Origin: Octopus sinensis
Taxonomy: Eukaryota
NCBI RefSeq assembly: GCF_006345805.1
Contig: NC_043000.1
Location: forward strand, 11,780,001-11,844,000
DNA: 64,000 nucleotides
Direction of reading: 5' to 3'
Translations under genes and position numbers: made by a program
Part shown: piece after piece, positions 1-12,454 of the stretch
Layout of the letters: the number at the start of each line of letters is the position of its first letter
Numbering within the stretch: position 1 is the stretch's first letter
Notes under the pieces: generated by a model
What the model was told of the DNA's origin: nothing
The model's input: the letters and a program-made list of their open reading frames with translations, nothing else
Databases searched by the model: none

Positions 1-700
1 TGTGAAGGCCCTATACAAAGTGATTATATTTTTTCATCTATGTGAATGAAAAAGAAAGGTAGTGGGTAGAGTAGAAAAATTGATGCTGAAGGGGGAAGCG
101 TGGAGAAAGGCGGGAGAATGGTTTGTGGGAGTGGGAGGTAGAAAAGCGAGGGTAAATAATGAGGGTTGGAGAATGGTATAAAGAGAATAGTGGTGGGAGT
201 GAAGTGAAATGACAGACGTAACCTTGGTTCCCCGCAAATAAACTGATTAACATCAGATAAGATAGAGGAGATATAGAGCGAGTATGAGTAATAATATATC
301 TAAGTAGAGAACAGAGTGAAAGGGTGAGAGGGATTAATAAGGAAATTGAGTGAAAGAGAGAGGAGTAGAATAGGATAAATAGAAGGGTGAGAGGGAAATG
401 AAAGAAAGAGATGTTTAAGTGGAAAGAGAGAGAAATGGTACAAATACAGAGAGTGACGCAAAAGTGAAAGGTTAATAAAGTTAAAGGAAGTGGGGAAGTG
501 ATATAGAGTAAAAAAATAGATAATGTAAAGGAGAACAAAGGTAAGTAGGAGAGAGCGAGAACTTGAGGGAGATTGGGAAGAGAGGTGGCGTGAATAGACG
601 ATGTCAATATGTGTAAACAAGCAGAAAATTTTAAAACAAAGGTGGGGTTGGTAAGAGAATAAAAGGGGGGAACTGACAGAGATGAGAAAGAAATGAATTG
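1..700. repeat. GA-rich degenerate low-complexity tract
   Basis: Purine-rich plus strand of decayed GA/AG/AT runs; the three overlapping minus ORFs are L/S/F-biased read-throughs. Confidence 0.8.
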
Positions 701-708
701 AAAGCACA

Positions 709-870
709 GGCGTGGCTGTGTGGTTAAGAAGCTTCTTTCCCAACCATGTGATCTCGGGTTCATTCCCATAGCGCGCCATCTTGTGTAAGTGTCTTTTTAT
801 ATAGACTCGAGCCAAGTGGATTTCGTAAACAGAAACTGAAAGAAATCCGTTGTACATATCTGTATCTATG
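709..870 (+). mobile_element. SINE-A, degenerate 5' half
   Basis: ggcgtggctgtgtggttaagaagc...gggttcattccc...gtaagtgtctt...gaaactgaaagaa matches the full copies at 2527, 46000, 53788. Confidence 0.75.
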
Positions 871-876
871 CACGTC

Positions 877-1118
877 TTTCTTATTTCTTTACTGCCCACA
901 GAGGGGACAAACAATGACAAAGGTATTATATCGACACACGTGCGTAACTGGTACTTAATTTATCGACCCCGAAAGGATGAAAGGCAAAGTCGACCTCGGC
1001 GGAATTTGAACTCAGAACGTAGCGGCAGACGAAATACCTGTTTCTATTTCTTTACTACCCACAAGGGGCTAAACACAGAGGAGACAAACAGATTAAGTCG
1101 ATTATATCGACCCCAGTG
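877..1118 (-). mobile_element. SINE-B1, two head-to-tail body units (partial)
   Basis: Reverse complement of gtatttcgtctgccgctacgttctgagttcaaattccgccgaggtcgac...gtaaagaaatag, repeated. Confidence 0.85.
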
Positions 1119-1550
1119 CATAATCGATGTTTAAAAGCCAGTTTTAAACAAATGTCTTCAAAAATTCCTATTTCGCTTTTCACACATTCACTTGTATAGG
1201 TTGAACTATGTAAAAATGTTAGAGAAAGAAATCTAGCTGTTTCTTACACAGCGATACATACCAATACATATACCTAACACAAAAAATTTTCAAGGACCCT
1301 TAAAATACTGTTGTAGGTCCCCAATTCACTATTTTGTTTTATGCCCCCCCCCTAATCTTATATTGAGTATTTGAGCTGAATACAAGAATTGATTTTACTC
1401 GCGAATTGAAAACTGAATTTGAGTAATTTGAGTTAGATATCTCTATAAAGTTAGGGTAATTCTTGAGCATATATACAGAGTTCCAATGCTCGTTTCGTTT
1501 AATTCTACAGATTCTTCTCGTCTCATACAGAAACAGCGATACACAGAATT

Positions 1551-1915
1551 GCGAGCTGGCAGAATCGTTAGCACGCCGGTATTTCGTCTGCCGCTACGTT
1601 CTGAGTTCAAATTCCGCCAAGGCCGACTTTGCCTTTCATCCTTTCGGGGTCGATTAAATAAGTACCAGTTACGCACTGGGGTCGATATAATCGACTTAAT
1701 CCGTTTGTCTCTCCTTGTTTGTTCCTTGTGTTTAGCCCCTTGTGGGTAGTAAAGAAATAGGTATTTCGTCTGCTACTACGTTCTGAGTTCAAATTCCGCC
1801 GAGGTCTTAAATAAGTACCAGTTACGCACTGGAGTAGATGTAATCGACTTAATCCGTTTGTCTGTCCTTGTTTGTCCTCTCTCTGTGTAGCCCCTTGTGG
1901 GCAGTAAAGAAATAA
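1551..1915 (+). mobile_element. SINE-B1 dimer (head + body + second body)
   Basis: A-box-like tggcagaatcgtt, B-box gagttcaaattcc, junction aaagaaatag|gtatttcgtc at ~1760; second unit has an internal deletion. Confidence 0.9.
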
Positions 1916-2039
1916 GGAATAGCCTTTTTCACGCCTGACAGAGATACGTACGTACATACATACATACACACACACACATACTCCGGTCAATTCATACATA
2001 CATACACACATACACATACTCCGGTCAATTCAGCTATGT

Positions 2040-2225
2040 AACTACACACGTGCTTTTGGTGATATTTTCCTTCTCTGGACTTTTCCGTTTTTCTTTCTGA
2101 TGAAGAGCTGTATTCGAAACATCAAAAACTCTCTTTTTATATCGAGCGTCGAACAAATACATTCCTTGTGCACGTCGTCTTGTTGTTTGTTACTGTTATT
2201 TTTAATGTTCGATTATTCGATTTGA
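2040..2225 (+). mobile_element. Family E short repeat with hammerhead-like motif
   Basis: CTGATGA-a-gagctgtattc-GAAA-catc at 2097-2123; homologous to 3010, 8815, 28850, 63735; ends in a (TACA)n run. Confidence 0.6.
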
Positions 2226-2226
2226 C

Positions 2227-2315
2227 TACATACATACATACAAACATACATACATACATACATACATACATACATACATACATACATACATACATACATA
2301 CATACATACATACAC
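2227..2315. repeat. (TACA)n microsatellite
   Basis: Direct reading. Confidence 0.95.
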
Positions 2316-2526
2316 AGATGAAGTTGACTATGTTGAAAATTAGATCGATAGGTCAAAAGAAAGAAGAACATTGGTGGATCCAAATCAGCGTTCCTCAAGC
2401 ATTTTTTGCTTATTGACCCGTCTGATTCCTATTTAATAAGATATTGTGTGTGACCACAAGAAAGAAACAGTATTCTCTGTTGTGGAATCAACTGTCCCTT
2501 CGATACATACATACAAACTTTCTACA

Positions 2527-2689
2527 GGTGCAGGAGTGGCTGTGTGGTAAGTAGCTTGCTAACCAACCACATGGTTCCGGGTTCAGTCCCATTGCGTGGC
2601 ATCTTGGGCAAGTGTCTTCTGCTATAGCCCCGGGCCGACCAATGCCTTGTGAGTGGATTTGGTAGACGGAAACTGAAAGAATCCTGTCG

Positions 2690-2763
<74 letters not shown>

Positions 2764-2972
2764 GTGTGTTTGTGTGTCTGTGTTTGTCCCCCTAGCATCG
2801 CTTGACAACCGATGCTGGTGTGTTTACGTCCCCGTCACTAAGCGGTTCGGCAAAAGAGACCGACAGAATAAGTACTGGGCTTACAAAGTATAAGTCCCGG
2901 GGTCGATTTGCTCGACTAAAGGCGGTGCTCCAGCATGGCCGCAGTCAAATGACTGAAACAAGTAAAAGAGAA
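2527..2972 (+). mobile_element. SINE-A, full length, internal (TA)n/(TG)n
   Basis: A-box tggctgtgtggt, B-box gggttcagtccc, cttgggcaagtgtctt core, internal microsatellite, tail aaggcggtgctccagcatggcc...gtaaaagag. Confidence 0.95.
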
Positions 2973-3009
2973 AAAAAGAATAAAAGGTTATTTCATCATG
3001 ATGAACCGT

Positions 3010-3205
3010 TAATCACAACACAGTTTTTCTCTCTCTCTGTTTTTTTCCCCGTTCTTTCTCCATTTTTTTCTTCTCAACCCTTTCTGCTGAAGAGCGTAGG
3101 CTCGAAACGTCTAAGATTTTTTTCATTCTTCCCGAGCATCAAACTAATACACCTGCTTGTTGTTCCTTGACCTGTCTTCGTCTTTTGTTTTCTGTAAATT
3201 TGAAC
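3010..3205 (+). mobile_element. Family E short repeat with hammerhead-like motif
   Basis: ctgctga-a-GAGC gtag GCTC-GAAA-cgt-c at 3084-3111. Confidence 0.65.
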
Positions 3206-3720
3206 ACCATACATACATACATATAAACCTCCTTCCCTACCTACCTATATACAAAACTACATATATACATATGTTACACTAACCTGCCTACATACACTTA
3301 TACAAACCAATATCTGAATTACATATATGCATAATATACATATGTACTCACGCACATACGTTCTTAAACTGGCATACATACAGAAAAATGGTGATTCTAC
3401 GTAGCCACTTGACCCACTAGAAGCAGGAAACAAATCTCTCTAAAATCACAACAGAATAGTTTTAACAAATGGTTGCGAGGACACATTGGATGCTATAGTT
3501 CTAGATACAATATGGCGGCTAAAAAATAAAATGACGAACGATCATGGAACATTATGGAACATCTTTGATGTTAAGTTTGTTTGATCAGGTTTGACCTCAG
3601 GAAATACGACAACAACACACATATAGACTGACGTTTATATTTATATATATATATAGCTAGATGGATAGATGATATATACATATATACACGCATGTGCACA
3701 CATGCGCACATATATATCTC

Positions 3721-3770
<50 letters not shown>

Positions 3771-3820
3771 TAATATATATCTTATAATAAAATATTAGGA
3801 ATAAATCCAAACTTACAGGG

Positions 3821-3867
<47 letters not shown>

Positions 3868-4307
3868 TAGATAGATAGATAGATAGATAGACAGATAATA
3901 TATACATGCATAACTTCATACATACATACATACATTCATGCAAACACTCGTGCGCGCTCATATATGTTGTTTACAGGTGAGTTAGAGACATGATAAAATA
4001 ATTCGTTTTTATCGGTCGAAATTAAAGTAGATGAAGCTATAATAGCACGTGTGTGTGTGTGTCTGTGTGTGCGTGTGTGCGAGTATGTGCTGTAATATAA
4101 AAAAGGGAAAATGCAACAAAAGAAAGGCAAGTTTTAACAAATATCGTATCAGTTCAATGCTTCAAATATGGAACGGAAAGCGTATTAACGTTTCGGACAT
4201 TGGTCCTTCATCACGAGAAAAGCATAGGAGGAGTGAAAAATAGGAAAAGTGGTTGAGAAGAAACGGAAAGGCAAGGAAGAAATGTTGCTAATATTAATGA
4301 TAATACT

Positions 4308-4506
4308 AAGGCAGTGAGTTGGTTGAATCGTTAGCATACCAGACAAAATGCTTGGCGTAATTTCGTCCGTCTTTACGTTCTTAGTTCAAATTTCGCCGTG
4401 GTCGACTTTGCTTTTCACCCTTTCGGGATCAAAGAGTACCGGGGACAATGTAATCGACTTACCCCCTCCCCCGAAATTGCTGGCCTTATGCCAAAGTTTG
4501 AAACCT
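4308..4506 (+). mobile_element. SINE-B2 (B head/core, alternative tail)
   Basis: B head and ctttcaccctttcggg core followed by ttaccccctcccc...ggccttatgccaaagtttgaaacc; possible TSD atgataata. Confidence 0.8.
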
Positions 4507-5599
4507 ATATTTATGATAATACTAGTTAATTGATAATCAATTAGTGAGAAAAGTATGCTACCAAAATTTCCAGTCATATGAAAAATAACACTCTGATTAG
4601 TATATAGAAAACAAGGAAGATAAATCCAGTAAATTAAGAATTATTTCCTACGAGAGAAGAAGAGAGAGAGAGAGAGAGAGAGAGAGAAGGGGGTGTAAGA
4701 GATTTAAAGATAATGTAATCCTAGATACACACTACTTGAAAATAATGTGGAATCACCATGGAATGTGTTTGATCAGAAACGAATTCGATCATACGTAGTT
4801 CGGGGCTAAACAACAATACTCTCTTTCTGCAGTTGTGTGTAGATTAGGAGAGCATGTTTCAAATTGATCTGTTTCTATGTGAAGCTGCATTGGTAATTCC
4901 CGGGAGATGCTGAGTGGACGCCGAAGATGACGTGTTCTCGACTTCTGAAATGTTGGAAGATGCAACAACAAAAACAGTTCCCCTTTTGGGTAATGGGATA
5001 CACTGTCACGTGTTTCTACTGAAATTAAGTGTATCCTATAAATAGAATTGTGTAATTGTGTGTGTGTGATTATCCTTTTGTCCATTTCCTTCCTTTGTCT
5101 TGATTTCTTAATGCTCTCCCATGTCACTTAACCTGGTCCTCACCGTCCCTTTCAGTTTCAAATTATAGCCATCTTGTAACCAGTCCTGTCTCTTATACCC
5201 ACCACCAATAACTCTGGATTTTCTCCTGCCATTATTGACACTGCGCAGTACTCCCACCCACGCTCTTTCTTCTATCACTCCTTTAATATATTTCTTTTTC
5301 ACACGAATTCTTGCAATCCAAGTGACAAAGCGTTTATATATTCTCTCTCAGATTCTAACGTTTCACAAGTTCTTCAATCGTTCGACTCTTTTACTCCTTG
5401 TGGTAAATCAACTCACTAAACTCATCTGCAAACTCTCCTATAAATGGCATACGTCTCCGACAATGTGACAAGATCACCTTCCATCATCAGCAAATAAGGC
5501 GAGACGATAATAATCTAAGCCAAAACCACTAGCATATGTAGAGGACCTCAGGCGATGTTTTTATGAGGAAGTACTTTCTGCATAGGTTTATGGGCCAGG

Positions 5600-5900
5600 G
5601 GGTGGCAAACTCAAGGGCCAAGACTGATCTAAACCTCCTCGAATGTGCCTAACACATATGAAGAGCCTTCTCACGTCTTCGTCTGGATAACTCTGGCTCT
5701 GAGAAAAAGTTAGCTCAGTACGACTGAGAGGGACAAGCAGGTGCACGATTTTCCAAGAGAGCCAGCAATGTTGGACTCAAAACCCCCAATAAGGTCCTGT
5801 CTCTTTTGTAGGTTTGGTTGATGGCTTTTGCCCCTCCCTGTTCAGTTACTCGACCTTTGCAGATATTTATCTTTTGCCTGCTAGGGTTTCCATTTATTCT
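5600..5900 (-). pseudogene. Possible heavily decayed LINE reverse-transcriptase fragment
   Basis: Only the motif GVLSPTL (cf. QGGVLSPTLF) is recognisable; the YADD motif is not convincing. Confidence 0.3.
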
Positions 5901-6039
5901 ACACACACCAGTGAGACATCCTAGAGTGAGTTGCGTTGTTGCTATAGGCATCGACCGCTCGATCATGAATTAGGAAACACGGGCTTACATGTTTATCACG
6001 AAAACGTTTTTTATCTGATCTGATATAAAAGTCTACAAC

Positions 6040-6209
6040 AGGCGCAGGAGAGGCTGTGTGGTAAGTAGCTTGCTTACAAACCACATGGTTCCGGGTTCAG
6101 TCCCACTGCGTGGCACCTTGGGCAAGTGTCTTCTACTATAGCCTTGGGCCGACCAAAGCCTTGTGAGTGGATTTGGTCGACGGAAACCGAAAGAAGACCG
6201 TCGCATATA

Positions 6210-6245
<36 letters not shown>

Positions 6246-6425
6246 TGTGTCTGTGTTTGTCCCCCCAACATCGCTTGACAACTGATGATGGTGTGTTTGC
6301 GTCCCCGTAAGTTAACGGTTCGGCAAAAGAGACCGATAGAATAAGTCCTGGGGTCGATTTGCTCGACTAAAGGCGGTGCTCCAGCATGGCCGCAGTCAAA
6401 TGACTGAAACAAGTAAGTAAAAAGA
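6040..6425 (+). mobile_element. SINE-A, near full length
   Basis: Same head, (TG)n centre and tail as 2527-2972. Confidence 0.9.
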
Positions 6426-7309
6426 GAAAATTACTGAGAAAGCATAAAGCTTGCCATTTCATCTCGCTCAAGAGAAAAAAATGGGCGATGTATCAAGAAC
6501 TAACATTGTGGATGGTAGAAACAGCTAGCATCATCTGACTCATCAGAATTCGTGCGGCTGTATGGGAATTTTGCCGTCTACATTGGGGGTCGACCCCCGG
6601 GCAGCTCTGGTGTTACGGTAGAGGGCACCGAAATACTTACAGAGCTTCTTTACCGCCTGATGAGATATTGCTTCAAGCATTCGGAGACCGAGTATAACAG
6701 CATCCCCAGCACTCAAATGTTTGTCCTGAGCCCAAAGAATAGCTCTGAAGGAGCAAACTCATGATAAAAAACAGTCCAGCTGTAACCATTCTGCCTTTTT
6801 CTCGGGTACAATTACCCTTGAACTATATTAACCAACAAAAGATGTCTCAAAAAGTAACCCTGGATCCTATATGCGAAGTTGGGTCTCCCATAAGTTCTAA
6901 GGCCCTAAAATCTTTTTTCTTTTGGATATGCGCTGCTGAAATCGGAGTGCATCTAATATGCCTGTTCCTTTTTTATGCAGGATTAATTCACTAAAACCTG
7001 TAAATAAAGGAAAACTGGTGGTGGTTTTTTGTTGGCAACAATATTCTGTAGAAGAGTTCTTAGATGTTTAGTCGATATGAGAAGTGGAGGAATTAACTCT
7101 TCGTGTAGTTACTCTTCGTTTCCGAGAGAGGGAGAGACAGAGAACAGAGAGTGTGAGAGGGAGAAAAGGAGATAGGGAGGGAGATAGGAAGAAAGTTTGA
7201 GGGAGGAGAGAGAGAAAGGGAGAGGAAGAGAGAGAGAGAAAAGGGAGAGAGTGGGGAGTGGGGGAAGAGAGATGTGTGGTTGCTTCTTCTTCTACTTCTT
7301 CCAATCAGG

Positions 7310-7772
7310 GCTCACTCCTTTAGCCACAAAGAATAATCTCTAATTCGAGCCTACTCTAAGCTACTAAGAATGCGTGTGACAACTTGAAGATCCACCCACC
7401 ACACGCGATAGACTGGCGGTTGCACGGACGCGAAAGCTACGTTGTTATCCTCATTCCGTAAACGGTGGCTTTTTAACGGGTGGAGAGCTGAACCATCCTG
7501 GGGTACAGAGAATTCGCAATCAAGACTAGAGTCTGAAAGTTTACCACACCATAGTGGGTTACATCATGGTTCCTCTGCTTTGTGGCAAAAGTAGGAAGAA
7601 AGAGTGAGAGAAAGTTGCGGTGAAAGAATACAGAGGGATTCACCCCGACCCGCCGGAGCCTCGTGGAGCTTAGGTATTTTTGCTCAATAAACACTCACAA
7701 TGCCTTGGGAATCGAAACCGCGCTCTTACGACCGCGAGTCCGCTGCCCTAACCACTGGGCCATTGCGCCTAC
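7310..7772 (-). mobile_element. SINE-C head (7595-7772) joined to a different 3' body
   Basis: Head aggcgcaatggcccagtggttagggcagcggactcgcgg matches other C copies; sequence after ttctctcactctttcttcc diverges; left boundary uncertain. Confidence 0.65.
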
Positions 7773-8123
7773 ACTGTGTTGTTGCTTTGTTGTGCGGAAA
7801 ATAAACAAAGAAATTTAAGGATTGCAGGAGTAAAGTGTAGAATCAAGGGAAGGGGGGAATGGTAAGTGAAATGTGGCATGAGGTGAAAGAAAGGGGATGA
7901 AGCTAAAGATTGGAGAGAGGAGGCAGAGAGAGTCATTGGCAAATGTAAAGCAACAGGAAAAGATGAAGTTAGAACTAGAGGGTCAGTAATTTGAAGGCGT
8001 CGGAGACAAATGCACTCGGGAAAGCTAAGTATGAAAACAGTCAGAATATTCTGAAATTAGACTGGTCGAATTATTTAGCCAGTAGTAATGAACACACAGA
8101 CACACACACACATACACACACAT

Positions 8124-8168
<45 letters not shown>

Positions 8169-8814
8169 CATATATATATATATATGCATATACCTCCTCC
8201 TCTTCCTTCCCATCTCCCCCATCCTCTCCTCTTCCCCCTTCTCCTCCCCCTCTTCTTCCCTCCCCCTTCTCTCCCCCATCTTCTCCCCTCCTCCTCTTCT
8301 CCCCCTCTTCTCCCCCTCCCCCCCCTCACTACACCACATGACTTACACATCACATCACATATGATGTGCCATACTAATACACAACAACTAATACATACTA
8401 ATACGTACTAATACATACTAGTACATACTAATACTTACACCAACCCTATACATACACACGTCCAGACCCCGCATACGCACTTATACTTCTCACACACCAC
8501 CCACATACCTAACATACCAATAGTACTAATACATACTATACATACACCAACCCCATACATACGCATGTCCAGACCAATCTTACGCACTAATACTCTCTCA
8601 TACACACACCACACACACACACCCTTATAATACTAATACATACACCAACCCTATACATACACATCCAGACCCCTCCCACGCACTTTTAGCTGGTCCCCCA
8701 ACCCATTTATCAACCCTATTATCTCCCTTATTTCGCTCTCGCGTCTCATGTTTGATCTTTGACCTCTGGCCGAAATCAGATCGCCATGTTGATTCGTTAG
8801 CTACTGCACGCATT

Positions 8815-8990
8815 TTTTTTCTCCTTCTTTCTGTGTTTTTCTCTCTCTGTGTATCTTTCTGTTGAAGAGCGTAGGCTCGAAACGTTAAAGACTTGTTTTA
8901 TTTATATTTCCTGAGCGCCATACTAATACAATTGTTCGTTTGTTTTCCACTGCCTTCGTCTTTTGTTTATTTTCATAAAGCTTCCCGTTA
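8815..8990 (+). mobile_element. Family E short repeat with hammerhead-like motif
   Basis: tcttt-CTGTTGA-a-GAGCgtagGCTC-GAAA-cgt-t-aaaga at 8854-8891; abuts (TA)n. Confidence 0.7.
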
Positions 8991-9066
8991 TATATATTAT
9001 ATTATTATATATATATATATATATATCTATATATATATATATATGCATATATATATATATATATGC

Positions 9067-9103
<37 letters not shown>

Positions 9104-9108
9104 TTTGA

Positions 9109-9155
<47 letters not shown>

Positions 9156-9174
9156 GCATATATATATATATATG

Positions 9175-9251
<77 letters not shown>

Positions 9252-9589
9252 TTTCTTTCTCTCTTCTCTCCCATTCCCTTTTTCGTCCTTTTTCCCTCAC
9301 TTAACTTGTCTCTTCCTCTCCCTCACCATTCTTCATGGTCTCCTCGCACCATTCCCTTCTTCTCTCTCTTCCTCTTGCTCCTCCTCCCCCATTCCCGTCG
9401 TCCATCTGCGACGATACTTCCGTCGTAACTGCTATCCTGTCTTTCTTCGCCCGCCTTCTAAGGCCACTGGTCGACATTCTTTCTCTCTCGTCGTCCACTA
9501 TAATCCAGCGTTTGCATTACTTTTTTTCGTCTGGCGTAAACAGCCCTTCTTATCTTGTTCTCCTTGTCCTGTCTCTCACTGTTATATAT

Positions 9590-10020
9590 TTATTTTTCAA
9601 CTGTTTATATATAATTTTTTTTTTTTTTTTTTACTGTTTATATGTTTGTACTGTCGTTACCGTCTTGCTTTTTTTTACCATTTTTTTACCCCTCTGCGAA
9701 AAGATCTCAGAATTTTAATTGATTTGCTTTTCGCAGGAAGGAAGTTTCTTCGAAGTATACGTCTCGCTTTTATCCTTCGAAACGTAGAGTAGATGAAACC
9801 TTAGCGACTGAAGAAGGGGATTTTTCGTTGTGCTTATTGTCCTGTATCTCTTTTTTTCTTTTTTGCTTGTCCTGTTCCTTGGTTTGTGTCTATGTTTTTC
9901 GTCTCTCTATGTGTTCGACGTCTTTTTGGTGTCCTGTACACATATATGCGTGTATATGTACATGTACAGGTACGTACATATATGTTTATATATATGCATA
10001 TGTTCTATTTTATTACATAT
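9590..10020 (+). mobile_element. Family F interspersed repeat
   Basis: Near-identical inverted copy at ~61925-62345; diverged relatives at 22690, 41880, 47050. Confidence 0.85.
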
Positions 10021-10149
10021 ATATATATATAATTAATATATATATATGCCAGGCACAAGTATCAGATACGTAATATCTTTATACATATCCACATACATAT
10101 ACATGCATACATATACACAGATATACATAGATACATACATAGATGCATA

Positions 10150-10192
<43 letters not shown>

Positions 10193-10399
10193 ACACACAC
10201 ACACACAAAAACACACAATTATATTCTTAATTGAAAGAACAGAAAGGAAGAGGACATGGGTGGGAAGTTTGAGGAGTGGGGCTGAAGCATAATAGGAAGC
10301 CGTGACATATATTCATACCTTACTAAGGAGGGGTTCTAAAATGCAGATGAAGCGCTTTCCTCGCCTCTACAAGGGTCTAACTGAGAGGCGTTCAGTTGT

Positions 10400-10720
10400 G
10401 TGACCGTGCAAGTTAAAGTGATGGTCGCCAAGTTTAAGGGGTCTTGGGCATTGTTAGGAGCGTGGAGGAGACATTCACGAACCCGGGTACCTTAAAGTCG
10501 ACCCGCCTTGCCATTGCAGCGTCTGTGTATGATGCAGTATAAGTTAGAGGAGATGTTTGAAGTGGTAGGTTACGATGTTTCGGATTTAGCACCCAGTAGA
10601 AGTGTACATTTCGGAGATGAAGTGGGCATATATGGCATCGGATTGCGAGAACGTGTTGGTTGCAGGCTGGGCGTGAATTCAAAAATATGGAACTCTTGTT
10701 AGAAGTTCAGGTAAATTTTG
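10400..10720 (-). pseudogene. Decayed Gypsy (CsRn1-like) gag N-terminal fragment
   Basis: Across frameshifts: VPYF*IHAQP..FSQSDAIY..ISE..HFYWVL...LGD, resembling LP.FW..P..WF.Q.EA.F..I.SE..FY.V...LGD. Confidence 0.4.
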
Positions 10721-12454
10721 TTCTTTTGAAAGAGAAGAGCAGAAACTGGAGTAACATTGAAGCGTTACGAGGTTCGACTGTAGAAAGTGGAGGTTACAGA
10801 AGATGTTGAGTTGAGCTGAAACCGGTGAGTCACAGAGCATAAGGTGAATAGAAAGGAAACTGGCCACCGTACGCAGTAGCGTAGCTAAGGGTGAGTCCGG
10901 TGGGCAGGGGACGGTCAAATCCGGATGACCTTTTATGGGAGATGCACTTTTGGGAGTTCGAGGGAGAGGTGGAGAACCCAAGAGCTGTCCCGAGCGGCGC
11001 ACATCTACCTACGTCACTGATAATGCGGCAATGTGAGAGCTGACTGCTTTCTAGTTTATGCTCGACGAGTGGATGCAACGGCGTAAGATGAAAAATTATG
11101 CATTTGCATTGATCTGTAAAGTCCAAGTTAGCATCTTTACTATAAAGACTCATTCACTTCCAACCATCTGCGTCTCTCTCTCTCTCTCTCTCTCTCCTCT
11201 CTTTCTCTCTCTCTCTTCTCTCTCTCCGCTTTCTCTCTCTCTCTCTTTCTCCCTGTCGCTCTCTCTATTTGCGTGAGCATGTAGTAATGTTTGTACTTAC
11301 TTGAAATGCCTTTTTCTCACCCTACCTGTACATGTATATGTCTGTCTGTGCGTGTGTGTTTGTATGCGAGCTAGTGTGTCTATGCGCGTGCGCGTGTACG
11401 AATGTTTGCCTTTACTGTCAAATACTACAGTCGTCAAAACAGGTTCAATGTCCAGAAGCCGTGCCAAATCGTCAGCGTCTAAGCAGCTGCGCCCAATCGT
11501 CTCATTCCGCGACAAAAAATATAACACAATTGCGAACAATTTCATGTCAATCAGTTAACGAGTCCTTTTTGGGATTCGGTTTGGGTGATTTGTGTCTGTA
11601 ACAATAGCACCATTCTAGTTGCAGGAAGAATACTTAAGTGTGGATTTCAACTGAGTTTTGCTAGCCTTGCAGTGTTGAGTAAACTCTCACCCAGTTTTTG
11701 AGGGTGAATGGCTCCTTTCAGCTGTTGAAAGCAATATTCTTTTATACAACTGTGAGTAAATTAACGCTTGAAGGTTTATCATTGTGGTGTCGTTAGAGTG
11801 TATGTGCCACTCGCGGCAGCCCTTGAGTTTTCCACTCTCGCTCCCCCACTCCGGCCATACAGGCTTATACAGCAAACCCAAGAGTCACCCGGGACGAAGC
11901 GCTCCATCAGCCTTCCCTAGCTGCGCTACTGGTTTATCAGCCTAAATCCATCAACTAAGCGTTTCAAGCTGGATTATCCAACGTGTGCAACCCCATTTTT
12001 GAGTCAGTTGTGCGTGCGTGTGTGATTTAAGAATGATTTGGCTGTTATTTCTGTCAGGTCGAGGGACTGCATAAAGGCTCCCTCGTTGACATGAGTTGTA
12101 AGTGGTGCTGCCTTAAGATATGGACACACGAAGCAGTCGTCTGATGGCGTCAAAGATATGGAGCCGCAATACTAAACTTTGTATGCTGTGACTATGTTAT
12201 CAATAAATAAACACAATAGGTCCTAGTGCTCTGGTTTACTCGACTGGAGGGATGAAATACTGCTAAAAGCCCAGCCCCAAACCAACCCCGATCCAGTAGA
12301 CTATTATCAAAGGCTTTTCAGGCATAACCATTCCGATTTCGTATATCTATAAGTAAACTGTTTAATGTAACCTTCTTTATTAAGGTGGTAGAGTGCGATT
12401 TCTCGTAACATCAGGACCTTTAGCCCCAGTTTCATCTGGGGCTAAAGATACCCC

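Noticed and set aside
4820-5010. Possible exon (VDAEDDVFSTSEMLEDATTK)
   Set aside because: In-frame stop immediately upstream, no suitable acceptor, no homology recognised.
8752-8780. Second hammerhead upstream of the family E copy (gatct...ggccGAAAtc-agatc)
   Set aside because: Helix I is possible but the CTGANGA core is absent.
8923-9792. Long ORFs such as YIYIYI, MYVCMYV, VCVCV, FLSFFL, ERKKER (also 18917-20228, 35172-35933, 54928-55640)
   Set aside because: Pure microsatellite read-throughs; open in several frames and on both strands.
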